Positions 1 through 12,710 of a DNA stretch of 64,000 bases are shown here, in pieces. The stretch comes from Eledone cirrhosa (taxonomy: Eukaryota), in the NCBI GenBank assembly GCA_964016885.1, contig OZ024742.1, forward strand, positions 340,132,001-340,196,000, in the 5' to 3' direction. The notes beneath the pieces were generated by a model, which ran no database searches, was not told where the DNA came from, and was given only the letters and a program-made list of their open reading frames with translations. The position numbers and the translations under genes were made by a program. Position 1 is the stretch's first letter, and each line of letters begins with the position of its first letter.

Positions 1-6
1 TATATA

Positions 7-100
<94 letters not shown>

Positions 101-103
<3 letters not shown>

Positions 104-312
104 ATTAGATATGTAAGCTATCGCCGTATTTTGACTAAAGAAATTAAAGAAATTATTTAGCCTGCGAGTGGGGTGAAGAACCCTCGGAGAAATGGGTACG
201 TCAATACTCATCTTTTTCCATTTCTCCGAGGGTTCTTCACCCCACTAGCAGGCTAAATAATTTCTTTAATTTCTTTAGTCAAAATACGGCGATAGCTTAC
301 ATTTCTAATAAT
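101..312. repeat. Long inverted repeat (95-bp arms 101-195 / 218-312, 22-bp spacer) between (TA)n and (CA)n
   Basis: ATTATTAGATATGTAAGCTATCGCCG...CTCGGAGAAATGG is the near-perfect reverse complement of CCATTTCTCCGAG...GCTTACATTTCTAATAAT. Confidence 0.9.
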
Positions 313-341
313 TTCAAACCTACTCGCTGTTTCGAAAATAT

Positions 342-345
<4 letters not shown>

Positions 346-427
<82 letters not shown>

Positions 428-593
428 CTGTATATATGTATGTATATATGTATGTATATGTATATATGTATATATGTATATATGTATATATGTATGTATG
501 TATATATGTATATATGTATGTATATATGTATGTATATGTATATATATATACATATATATACATATATATGTATATGTATATACATATATATAC

Positions 594-659
<66 letters not shown>
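346..659. repeat. Compound microsatellite (CA)n-(TA)n-(TATG)n-(GA)n
   Basis: Read directly; explains the YI/CV/RE-rich ORFs here. Confidence 0.95.
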
Positions 660-684
660 GGCAATGAGAAAAAGGATGATAGAA

Positions 685-832
685 AAATCGATTCCACCAT
701 TGAAGTGAGAGTTCATTATTTATCGACCTAAAAGGGATGAAGGCAAAGATGACATCGGAACTGAGAGAGAAATGTTGTTGGAACACCGCAATTCATTCTA
801 TTTGATATTCTAACAACTCTGTCAATTCATCC
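685..832 (-). mobile_element. Degenerate octopus-type tRNA-derived SINE
   Basis: TTTATCGACCTAAAGGGATGAAGGCAAAG matches TTTATCGACCCCCGTGAGGATGAAAGGCAAAG of the copies at 16180-16628. Confidence 0.5.
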
Positions 833-1104
833 TGTTACCTTGGGCTACAAAATAAACGAAAAAGTAAAAACATAAAATTCCCGATGCTGCTTTAATTCAA
901 AATGATGGCTAATGATTTTATTTGTCTTGTTAGAACCAATTAAATTATAGGAACCGTTGTTTTGTGAAGTAGTTTCACATCTTTATAAACTCTACAAACT
1001 GATATTAATCTCTATAATCATTACAAGCCCTATTATTACAGCGGAACAGAGACCACGAGCCACAAACCCACGTGTGAATGTGTGTGTGTGTGTGTGTGTG
1101 TATG

Positions 1105-1395
1105 TTTATGTGTGTGTCTTGGACCTCCATCGGTTAAGACGATGAGTGTTCCATTGTTTGAATAACGGATCAAACTATTCGTAAAATTAACGTACAAAGG
1201 GCTGAGTATTCCACAAACACGTATACCCTCAACGTAATTGTCTAGTATATTCAGCGTAACTCAGTGTGTGAAAAAACTGACTCTTTGAATTATAGGTACG
1301 CTTCATTTCGCAAGTTGAGTGGTCTTGAGCAAAAGGAAATAAAGTGTATTGCTGAAAGACAAAACGCGACACCGGATAGCGAACTCACGACTTGC
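1105..1395 (-). mobile_element. Degenerate tRNA-derived SINE (second family)
   Basis: AGTTGAGTGGTCTTGAGCAAAAGGAAATAAAGTGTATTGCT...GAACTCACGACT is shared with 61540-61625; B-box-like GAGTTCG on the minus strand. Confidence 0.45.
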
Positions 1396-2081
1396 CCCGT
1401 CGTGACAGATTCGATCGGGATAGGAGGTTTTTTTTTTAAAAATAATTTCTCGAAGGAGATATTTTTCTGCCAAATAATACAAAAGAACACACTAGACAAA
1501 TCTTCATATTTCCCTTCATTACACACACTTTCATACACACATAAACAGAAATGCATACATATACCCACACACAGGGGCCTCGATTGCCTTAAAAGTGTGA
1601 CAGGGACGAACCAATATTTGTTGATTCTTAAAGGAGCATAAATTGCTTATGGTGCCTTTCCCGGACCCTATTACATAAGTAAAATGTTACGTTAATTAAA
1701 TTTTATATATTCGAATTAAGTTCAAATATAAAAAATAAGCTTAAAAAGAATTTATTATATCAAATAAACAAAAAAATAAAATATAGACGTTTGAAAACGT
1801 TTGAAAACGTCAAGTACATACATTTTTCGTGAGTTTTAAGGATTATAGTATAAGAGACGAAACTAACGTACTGCTACTAGCACCAGAAAACTATGAATAA
1901 TAACACAATACTAACATAATTAAATATGTAAATGTCGTTAACAGAAAATGGTGTGAGAGTAGAAGATAGTGAAATACAGAGAGATAGAGAGAGGGGGAGA
2001 GAGAGAGGGAGTAAATAAGTAAAAAAAAAATTAAATGTATTAATATACGTTTACATATCAATAAACGCACACGTACTTATA

Positions 2082-2184
<103 letters not shown>

Positions 2185-2340
2185 ACCACCAGTGGCTTAG
2201 TATGAGTTTAGTTCTCGAAACGGCGGGAGTTCAGCCGTCGGGGTCCTGATTCTTTTCCTATTACCCACTCAACAACCATAAGTATTGAGTACTCTGGAGC
2301 GTTATGGCCCACCTGGTATCTTACCACACCTTCTTTGTTA
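2185..2340 (+). mobile_element. Short copy of Penelope-like element 3' end, ending in (TA)n
   Basis: TCGAAACGGC...AGCCGTCGGGGT...CCTATTACCCACTC...GCGTTATGG...CTTACCACAC..TTGTTA is homologous to 39425-39551. Confidence 0.75.
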
Positions 2341-2765
2341 TATATATATATATATATATTCTTATATATCTGATATATATTTATCGAGCCCTCTTTGTAT
2401 TTTAGTCTTCAAATTTATTATTATTACTATATATATATATATATATATATCCATTTCACTCCTTCTCTCTTTGTATATAGATATATATGTATATATGAAA
2501 TAAAACTTAAGCCAAAATCGTGATTTGGCGGCGGTATATAAGCTCAAATATATGTGTGTGTGTGTATATATATATATATATCGGTTTTTCTACGTTATCG
2601 TTGACCAGACAATATCACAGGCCAAACACGAATAAATAAATATAATATATTTATTCAAAATACAAACCACGTCTGAACATACTCTGTCGTGAATCATTTT
2701 CGAGGAACTATCCATACACATACAGACACATACACAGGCACACACACAGGCGCGCGCGCACACAC

Positions 2766-2878
<113 letters not shown>

Positions 2879-3613
2879 CGTAATAGTCTTGTTCCGTTTG
2901 ATAATGTAACTATTATAATTACTATGACCACCATTATTGTTATCACATAACCCTCTGTACCCGAATGGAGAAGGGAACAAATCGAGACCCCTAAACATAA
3001 CAATAATAATTATTATTATTTTATTTTATTTATTACTTTACTTGTTGCCACCTGACCCTTCATATCCCGATGTAGCTGGAAATCCTCAAATTATATCAAC
3101 AGAACCCCCCCCACACACACACATAGACACATACATACATACACATATACACGCATACACACACACACACTTACATGCGATATACACAGAAACACATAAA
3201 TAATCTTCTTATACACTTAAAAATATTAAAAACAATTTGATGTGGATTCCCACAAACAATTGTATAGACAAACCAGAATGCTTAACACAATAGTATAGAC
3301 ATTAATTCCTTTTGAAATTATCACTATCTACGTTCACTGAACCAAGGCGCTCCCCAATTTTTTACGCAAAATATACAAGAAATATTCTATTCATAATCAG
3401 AAGATCATCAATGTTTGGGGCAAAAAACTACATAACTCTATACCTAATCATGTGTTCTTCCATAACCAATCCTATTATTACCAGATAACTATCTGAGTTT
3501 TTTTTTTTTTGCATAAAAGGGAAAAGAAAATCCCCGAAATATTAGACACATCTGAGCAGCTCTCTATCTCACTTAACTTTTGAAAATCATCCAAACTTGA
3601 AACCGGTACAGTT

Positions 3614-3821
3614 ATTATTAATAAATCTTCGGTGGATTAGCAGTATCGGCAGAGCGTCAGACACCATGCTTTGCAGCGTAGAGTTATGGCCATTTATGTT
3701 CTGAGTTCAAATCCCGCCGAGGTTAGCCCAAATACGGTGTCGATAAAATAAAGCACCGGTAATGCAATGGGGTAATTGCTGGCCTCGTGCCAAAAGTAGA
3801 AGCAATTATTAATAAATCTTC
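3614..3821 (+). mobile_element. Octopus-type tRNA-derived SINE with 17-bp flanking direct repeat (probable TSD)
   Basis: B box GAGTTCAAATCCC; body GTCGATAAAATAAAGCACC...GGCCTCGTGCCAAAAGTAGAA; ATTATTAATAAATCTTC at 3614-3630 and 3805-3821. Confidence 0.75.
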
Positions 3822-3882
3822 TTAAAGTCTCAAATTGGAACTTCAACTACTTTTTCCTATATATATATAAATATATATATAC

Positions 3883-3966
<84 letters not shown>

Positions 3967-3968
<2 letters not shown>

Positions 3969-6900
3969 CTCTTTTACTCTTTTACCTGTTCCAGCCATCC
4001 GGCTGAGGCCATGCTGGGGCACCGCCCCTGTTGCTACAAATTTTTCTCCAGCCTGTATTGGTTGGCAACTGGTGCAAGAGGGAGTTCGTTGCGGCTGCTC
4101 TTAGGTTTCCCTCGTGCCTTGCTGTGGGCTCATCCGGGATCCTGGATAGCAAGGTGTCGAGATGTTTCTTGAAAACATCCACGTCCACACCATGCAGATC
4201 TCTCAGATCCCTCGGCAGCTTGTTGAAGAGTTGAGGACCTTTGGACCCCAGGCTATTGCAATATCTGCTCCTTATTCTAGATGTGGAAGACGGGACCTTT
4301 GGCACCACACAGCGACGTCCTGTTCGGGGGTTGGTCCAGCTCCCAATGCCAAAGTTTGGTGCTAGTCTCTCCAGGATTTTCCACATGTATATCCCTGCGT
4401 ATCTCTCCAGTCTTCGTTCCAAGGAGTAGAGGTTCAGTTCTTTTAGCCTCTCCCAGTAACTTATCTCCTTCATCGTGGCAATCCTCTCGGTGTAGCTTCA
4501 CTTTGATTGCCTCAAGCTCCGTGGTTAGTTTGACACTATGGTGTGACCACAGTTGGGAGCAATAGTCCAGGCGGCTTAGGACAAATGTCCTCCATAGTGT
4601 CAATATGGTGTCTCGGTCTCTTGTCCGGAAAGTCCTCAAGATCTAGCCAGCGAGTCATCTACACATTGTCACACCTATCATGATGTGTGAGGAAAAAGAT
4701 GCATCGTCGCTCATGTCTATACCCAGGTCTCGTATCGATTTCGACACGGGAATTTCGGTCCCTCCTGGTCCAGTGTAACTGTGTTGTACTGTATTTGCGT
4801 GTGCAGGTTTGTATTGTAGGGCTTGGAATTTGCCGGCTTTAAACTGCATCTTGTTGTCTTCCGCCCATTTGTATATGGCATCCAGATCTTGTTGTAAAAG
4901 GGCAGCGTCAGCCGGGTTTTTGATTGCCTGTGCTACCTTAGTGTCATCAGCATAGCTAGTGAGGGATGTTGTATGTACTACAGAGGGCATGTCTGAGAGA
5001 TCCACCAAAAACAGTAGTGGTGCCAGGACTGTGTCTTGGGGCCCCCCACTTGTTATTGATGTTTCCTTTGAGAGGGCTCCGTTTGCTGCAGCTGTCTGGC
5101 TTCTGTCCTTTAAGAAGTCATGCAGCCACTCATCTACTTTTCCAGTTATGCCGAGTCCGTGTAGTTTGTGACATATCATTCCGTGGTCGATCTTGTCAAA
5201 GGACTTCGCAAAGTCAAGATATATCACGTCCACATGTGAGCTGTCTAGTAGTTGTCTCAGTACCCAGTCGTAGTGATGTAGCAGCTGTGTAAGGCAGATT
5301 CTTCCTGGGCGAAAGCCATGCTGCGTGCTAGTTAGGCGGTCATTTTCCTCGAGGAAAAGTGATCAGTTTCTTCCTGATGATTCGCTCCATGACCTTACTG
5401 ATATGTGAGGTCAGGGAGACTGGCCTATAGTTTTTGGCCTCCGCTCTGCTACCTCCTTTATGGATAGGGCATATTGTGCCTTCTGTCAGCTCACTGGCTA
5501 GTCTACCGCTAGCCAAGGAGCTTCTGAAGAGCGTCGTCAGTGGAGTTGCTAAGGCCCGCTTACATGTTTTTAAGAGGACTGCTGGGAATCCATCAGGTCC
5601 AGCAGCTGAGTCTGTTTTAATTTCATCTATGGCGTATACCACATCCTCCTCCGTTATGTCTATGTGGTTGATGGTCGCCATTTCTTCATGGAGTCTCGTG
5701 GCATCAAAGAAATCCTCTGGCTTTGTTATTTGCATGTGCCTCAGTGGACATGTGAACACACTTTTTTACTGTTCGTTCCGTATTTCACTTATCTCTTAGG
5801 GATTCTCGGTTAATGAACCGTCTTTATGGAAGAGTGACGCAATCTTGCAGTGTACCGAGGCAGTCTCTTTTGCAAATTTAAAGAAGGCTTTAGGGTTTAT
5901 TTTAATATTTTTTATGGCCCTGCTTCCTTTCTTTGCCATCTCATTTTCATGGGAAAGTTTGAGTGCAATCTCGATGTCAAGTAGTGCACGTTTCAAATAG
6001 GATTCCTTCTTGTTTTTGCTTTTTGTTGTGCATTCAACTGGTTTGAGAGCTAAGTTCTTCGTCTCATAAGGATTTTCCTATCTCTGGGAATAAGATTTTT
6101 GTGTCTGTTGGCCTTTTTCTCCGGGAGAAACTTTTGGCATATAGTTTGTATCGTCATGAATTGTTGAAAATGTGTGTTGGTGTCTTGTGCGGCAAAGTTG
6201 TCGCTCCATATTTGCTTCCAGATTTCTCGATCTTTTCCCAGTTAACCCTGTAGAAGTTAAGGCTAGATAAGGTCCCGGTGCTTCTTGATGGTTGTGTCTC
6301 TGTTGATTCTCTCGGACCACATATCATTAGTTCTACTAATTTATGATCCGAGAAAATTATTGGTGTCACTGCGTTGTTTGTAAAACATTCTAGAACATTC
6401 TAGCCTCTTGTTGGGAGGAGTACTGCTTGTTCCATGAACAACCTGTGTGTGAGGGCCAGCAGGGACTCAGTCTGTCTCTGTTCTAGTGATGTCATTCCAG
6501 GAAGGAGGTGGCCCTCAGGCCATTTGACCTTTGGCAGGTTGAAGTCTCCCAGCAGTAGAATGTTGAGGTCCAGTTTGTCAAGGACATCTTCTATCCTGCT
6601 GAAGCTATCCTCATATTCACTCTCATGACTGGGGGCATCGGGTGGCCAATATGTGACGCATATTATTGTCTTTAGTTGCTTCATATGTACTATCAGTGTG
6701 TCACAGACCGAGTTTGAATGTATCAACAGTACACTTGGTGTGAGATCTTCACTGATATACAGAGCAACCCCACCATAAGTTCCCTCCTTCCTGTCCGAAC
6801 GAAATACAGTATATTTTGGTATATGTATTCCGCATCTGCTATACTGCTTTTCAGGTGCGTTTCGGTTAGTGCCATGCATAGTGCTTGATTGCTTATGGCT

Positions 6901-7070
6901 AAGTCTCTCAGGTAGGACATTTTACTCATGTTAGTGAGTTTCACCAGGCCTCTGACATTCAACAGCAGCACTGGTGTAACATTTGGGGTGTCAGCAATGG
7001 CTGTCGGTGTGACACCTGGCATGGTGTCAGCGGCGGCTACTCTGGGTCCCTTAATTGTGGTGGTCTCGAG
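3967..7070 (-). mobile_element. Decayed CR1-clade LINE (APE endonuclease + RT ORF2 in fragments) with (GTAAAAGA)2 tail
   Basis: APE motifs LLLNVRGL, ALTETHL, LLLGDFNLP, SDHKLV; RT motifs AAGPDGFP, NYRPVSLTSHISKVME, IYLDFAKSFD, YADDTK; CR1-type C-terminus RLDYCSQLW and YWERLKELNLYSLERR. Many frameshifts and stops. Confidence 0.9.
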
Positions 7071-7139
7071 TGTATATATATATATCAAGAAAAATAAAAG
7101 TTACGGGCGAAAGAGGGGAATATCCATCGTCATTTTATT

Positions 7140-7192
<53 letters not shown>

Positions 7193-7196
<4 letters not shown>

Positions 7197-7304
7197 CAAA
7201 GGAAGTGTGGTAAGGAACCAGATGGACCATAACGCACCAGAGTACTCAATACTTAGGGTAGTCGAAACGGCTTGAGCTCTGCTGTCGGGGTCATACATTT
7301 TCCT
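7193..7304 (-). mobile_element. Short copy of Penelope-like 3' end between (TA)n tracts, with locally inverted head
   Basis: TAACAAAGGAAGTGTGGTAAGGAACCAGATGGACCATAACGC... is the reverse complement of the 39480-39551 tail, followed by GTCGAAACGGCTTGAGCTCTGCTGTCGGGG. Confidence 0.75.
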
Positions 7305-7314
7305 ATATATATAT

Positions 7315-7398
<84 letters not shown>

Positions 7399-7407
<9 letters not shown>

Positions 7408-7850
7408 TAAAAAAATAATGAATAAAACAATGAAACAGTTCCTTATATTAAACAAAAAAAGTTCATTATTTAACGATCGTTTCTAGGATATATATGTGTT
7501 AGAATTGGCATGTATATTCAACAGATCTATGTACAAAATTATACAAAATTATACAAACTATCAAAATTAAATATACATACCAACTATCAAAATTAAATAT
7601 ACATACCAACACATATATATGCCGTCTTCAGAAATAATTATTTCTGAAGACGGCATATATATGTGTTGGTATGTATATTTAATTTTCATAGTTTGTATAA
7701 TTTTGTATAATTTTGTACATAGATGTGTTGAATATACATGCCAATTCTAACACATATATATCCTAGAAACGATCGTTAAATAATGAACTTTTTTTGTTTA
7801 ATATAAGGAACTGTTTCATTGTTTTATTCATTATTTTTTAAATATTTTAT
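7399..7850. repeat. About 450-bp spacer-less palindrome centred at 7637/7638
   Basis: Centre GCCGTCTTCAGAAATAA|TTATTTCTGAAGACGGC; arms near-identical; the left arm has a 26-bp tandem duplication. Confidence 0.92.
7637..7784 (+). ncRNA. Type-I hammerhead ribozyme motif with long stem II (mirror copy on the - strand in the left arm)
   Basis: Stem I ATTATTT/AAATAAT; CTGAAGA 7644-7650; stem II ATATATATGTGTT/AACACATATATAT; GAAA 7766-7769; palindromic stem III CGATCG; GUU cleavage triplet. The stem II closing pair is mismatched. Confidence 0.6.
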
Positions 7851-7982
7851 CTTGACTCTGTATTCCGTTTATCTTTCACCGAAAGTGATTTTTCATTGCA
7901 TCTCTTCTTTCCATGATATCCGGATTACATTGAGTTCTTCATACGGATTGGACACTACCGTAAACTCTTGGTAGATTTATCT

Positions 7983-8023
<41 letters not shown>

Positions 8024-8566
8024 ACTGAAACGAAATCATCGGATATGAGCGAAATGTCTTCGATCGTTTTCCCACTCATTCAAATCTTTCATTAATACAG
8101 TTACATTAAGATACCAACCAAAGAGAAGCACAGTGTACATGTATACGTTACATATATATATATTAATCTAAATGATACCGAGAGTGATCAGAGCCTATGT
8201 TAGTTAATTAAAAGTTAAACTGTCAGAAAATACACCAGTTAAAACTTGTTAGTAATATTTCTAATACCTCAAGTGACATTGAAAATACTCGACTGCATCA
8301 GGTTTAGATTTTATCGTTAAAGATATGATACGTAGAAAAGATTACCACCCACTGCAACGGGGCTGCACGCATAGCTTTGATATTTGACTTCTATTCGATA
8401 TTCGAGATTCTGAGTTTCAATACCTCTCTGTATCTGTAGCTAATTCATCCAAATAACAACAAAGACAGGCACCTTTAATAAATATCATGTTTGTTACATT
8501 GATTTAAGCCTACCAATACTTTCATATATAAGCGCTATCTCTGGTTTCTCGGAAACTAATAATGAC

Positions 8567-8614
<48 letters not shown>

Positions 8615-8618
<4 letters not shown>

Positions 8619-9917
8619 AAAGTATGTCCATAGAATCATTTGATAAAATATATACATTATTTCCTCTCCCAATAAGCATAATCAACCACCCAAAATACCA
8701 ATTAAACAAGGCTATAAGATTAAAAGGCACCTATGAAGAAATAATACATAAATAAACGATAGCTATATATCCGCGATCAACAGCCATAGAATATTTACCC
8801 ACCATTTCTAATAGTACGTGGAAATCGATTAGATATATCGTCAACCATACACAATTAAGTACAAAATCAAAGTTAGAAGAAAAAGTGTATATAAGCATAC
8901 CAAAATTATGTTTCTAAATCATGAGGTTTCATTCGCTTTTTGGAAATATCCGATCAAGGATAAATTAACGATTTTCGAAAACATCAGGAAACAAACTCAA
9001 TTGGACGAAGATTTTTCTTAAAATGATCACCGCCAGAAGCGAATTCAAAATGGCTAAGAACTGTGACGTGGTTGATTATGCTGATTGGGAGAGGAAATAA
9101 TGTATATATTTTATCAAATGATTATATGGACATACTTTATTGTATATTGCTCTCATTGTTGATTATTTAATTAATTAATTCGTCATTGAGCCACATCGTG
9201 AATGGTCGCCAAAAACACATATATATATATCTATGACTTTGTCTAGTTTATGTGTATGTAAATCTTTATATTTGATAATCTCCCATATGGTTGAGATGCA
9301 ATTTAGGCAGTATTAGGCTGCGCTTTCTAACAACCAGCCCATTCGCCGTCAGGCACCAATCACATTCTTTCTGACTTGACCACTAGCCACGTCACAGTTC
9401 TTAGCAATTTTGAATTCGTTTCTGGCGGGGATCATTTAAGAAAAAAACTTCGTCCAATTGAGTTTGTTTCCTGATAATTTCGAAAATCGTTAATTTATCC
9501 TTGATCGGATATTTCCAAAAAGCGAATGAAACCTTATGGGGTAGAAACATAATTTTGGTATGCTTATATGCATTTTTTCTTCTAACTTTGATTTTGTACC
9601 TAATTGTGTATGGTTGACGATATATCTAATCGATTTCCACGTACTATTAGAAATGGTGGGTAAATATTCTATGGCTGTTGATCGTGGATAGATAGCTATC
9701 GTTTATTTATGTATTATTTCTTCATAGGTGCCTTTTAATCTTATAGCCTTGTTTAATTGGTTTTTTGTGTGGTTGATTATGGTGATTGGGAGAGGAAATA
9801 ATGTATATATTTTATCAAATGATTCTATGGACATACTTTATTGTATATTGCTCTGATTGTTGATAATTTAATTAATTAATTCGTCATTGAGCCACATCGT
9901 GAATGGTCGCCAAAAAA

Positions 9918-9951
<34 letters not shown>

Positions 9952-9981
9952 GACTTGGTCTAGTTTATGTATATGTAAATA

Positions 9982-9990
<9 letters not shown>
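8615..9990. repeat. Inverted repeat (about 8615-9072 / 9386-9842) plus direct duplication (about 9068-9273 / 9768-9990); Penelope pLTR-like
   Basis: Arms are reverse complements over about 450 bp; degenerate hammerhead TGTTTC-CTGATAA...GAAA-CCTTATGGGG-TA-GAAACA at 9465-9549. Confidence 0.8.
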
Positions 9991-10015
<25 letters not shown>

Positions 10016-11009
10016 TTATTTATTTATTCATTTAGGTTTGTTGGTTCACCACTGGATAGAATTGGTCATTCCGTATGGTCAATCTCGATGTAATATTATG
10101 GAGAGTACTCAACGTAATGCAGCTCACCCGTCTTCGTTTGTGTAGTTGGTGGTGCGACTACGGAGTTAATTATTATAAAATAACAGGAGGCTGGACTGGT
10201 GTAATTCCTTAAAAGGTTTATTATACTTGAGGGCGACCGACTAAAGTAGAAGATGCTAGATGGTCGGTCGTCCTCTTGTCTATGATTTTCAGCCCCATGG
10301 ATTTTATCTGTTATATTCCTTTGTCATATTTCGAATACCTGATGATATCACCGGATTCATACGGAACCCGGTCATTGAAATTATATATATATATCAAGCT
10401 CAATTAACAATGTACTTTTGCTATTATGATATTTTACATCTTTGCTTTTTTCATATTTTCCATTTATCTGGATATATGATAAAAGTAACTAAGGACGCAG
10501 TCATTCTTGAGTTCTTAAGAAATTCATATCACAGCCAAGAGTTCTGGATTTGATCCCATTGCATGGCATCTTGGGATCGTGTCTTTACCATACCATCGGG
10601 TCGGCCTAAACTTTGTGAATGAAAAGTATGAGGAAATCTGTCGTTTAGATAGTACCTATAACTCAAATGTCAAACCTTGTTACATATTGTGCCACGATCA
10701 TTCAATTTGAGCCTTAAGTTAAAAGTACACGTGACTGTGGAATACTCAATCATTTACACGTTAATTTACAAGTTGGACTTTGAATTGATAGAACCATTGA
10801 ATTATGATAATCGAAAATGAAGGATGTTTACCATTCTGCCACACTCTGTCCATACAAGACATTTAAGAAGATGGCAAATGGCTAGAATCATTAGAACGTC
10901 TGATAGAATGACATGTGGTAATACATTCATCATGGATCTATGCTGTCTGAGTTCAAATATTGCCGTTGCTAAATATACATTCATCCTTTGCGGGTCGATA
11001 ATTAAAATG

Positions 11010-11395
11010 TCTTTACTGTCTAGTAGTGGCCATGCTAGGGTGTTGGACGAGATGTGTCATTATTGTCTAGTAGCGGCCATGTTAGAACGTCTGACGAGAT
11101 ATGTCATTACTGTCTGGTAGCGGCCATGTTAGAACGTCGGACGAGATGTGTCATTACTGTTCAGTAGCGCCCATGTTAGAACGTCGGATGAGATGTGTCA
11201 GTACTGCCCAGTAGCGACCATGTTAGAACGTTGGACGAGATGTGTCAGTACTGCCCAGTAGCGGCCATGTTAGAACGTTGGATGAGATGAGTCAGTACTG
11301 TTCAGTAGCGGCCATGTTAGAACGTTGGATGAGATGTGTCAGTACTGCCTAGTAGCGGCCATGTTAGAACGTCGGACGAGATGCGTTACAGTACT
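11010..11395 (+). repeat. 47-bp minisatellite, about 8 copies
   Basis: Unit TAGCGGCCATGTTAGAACGTCGGACGAGATGTGTCATTACTGTCTAG recurring at 11024, 11071, 11118 ... 11353. Confidence 0.9.
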
Positions 11396-11603
11396 CATTC
11401 TAGTAATTTCGATTCTGAATTCATGGCAGGTAGACGTAATCAGTCGCATCGCTTTTACAAAGCCAGCTGGCACATGAGTTCCTTTGAGACCACCACCAGG
11501 TCAACTGTGTTGCAGATATTCGGGCTAAATTTTCCATCTGAGGGTAACATCTTATCTCCATCACTCCTTCTTCACCCCCTCCTTTATCCTAATCAGTGAT
11601 AGA

Positions 11604-11932
11604 AACCCTGAAAAGGTGTCAGGGTCGCAGTGTAACCCTGAAAAGGGGACATGGTCCCAGTCCAACCCTGAAAAGGGGACATGGTCCCAGTCCAACCCTG
11701 AAAAGATCTCATGATCCCAGTCTAACCCTGAAAAGGTGACAGGGTCCCATTCGAACCCTGAAAAGATGTCAGGGTCCCTGTCCAACCCTGAAAAGGCGAC
11801 ATGGTCCAAGTCCAACCCTGAATAGGGGACATGGTCCCAGTCCAACACTGAAAAGAGGACAGAGTCCCAGTGCAACCCTGAAAAGATGTCAGGGTCCCAG
11901 TCGAATCCTAAAAAGATGTCAGGGTCCCAGTC
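11604..11932 (+). repeat. 30-bp minisatellite, about 11 copies
   Basis: Unit AACCCTGAAAAGGGGACATGGTCCCAGTCC with 30-bp period. Confidence 0.9.
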
Positions 11933-12241
11933 CATCATCATAGTTTAATAATAGTAAAAAACAAAACACAACGAAACATTGTGGTGTCCTCTTCATTGGC
12001 TCGTGTGTTAGGATATTTCTTAATGAAAGATACTTAATGTCACTGACACCTTGTGGTGGACGATAAAACATTCCATAATATACTAGTAGCATCTAACATG
12101 CATGCTCCCCTCCTGGAACAAGCAACAAAACTTCATCAAATGATATACCACTAGCAACAAACACTCACCGCTTGTTGAATTAAAAGAAAGTAGCGATTGC
12201 TCTCAAAATCTCATAAAACCAATGAGAGTTGATAGCATAAA

Positions 12242-12326
<85 letters not shown>

Positions 12327-12331
12327 TGTAG

Positions 12332-12385
<54 letters not shown>

Positions 12386-12386
12386 C

Positions 12387-12442
<56 letters not shown>

Positions 12443-12710
12443 CAGCAGTACTAACAACAATATCATCATCAACAGTAACAGGATCAGGAACAAACTGGTT
12501 TTTCTAAATTAATGCACGCCGTACAGATTGCACTCAATGGTATAACAACAACAACAACAATAACAACAACAACAACAACGTCAACGACGACAACAACAAC
12601 GACAACAACAACGATGCCAACAACAACGACAGCAGCAACAACAACGTCAACGACAACAACAACGACAACAACAACGACAACAACAACGACGACAACAACA
12701 ACGACAACGA
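12242..12710. repeat. (TAG)n and (CAA/CGA)n trinucleotide tracts
   Basis: Read directly; they give the poly-S/L/T ORFs. Confidence 0.95.

Noticed and set aside
253-786. ORFs rich in YI/CV/HT/SL here and throughout the window
   Set aside because: Translations of dinucleotide and tetranucleotide microsatellites; no domain content.
11010-11932. Regularly spaced repeats resembling a CRISPR array
   Set aside because: Contiguous tandem units without unique spacers; no cas genes; eukaryotic context.
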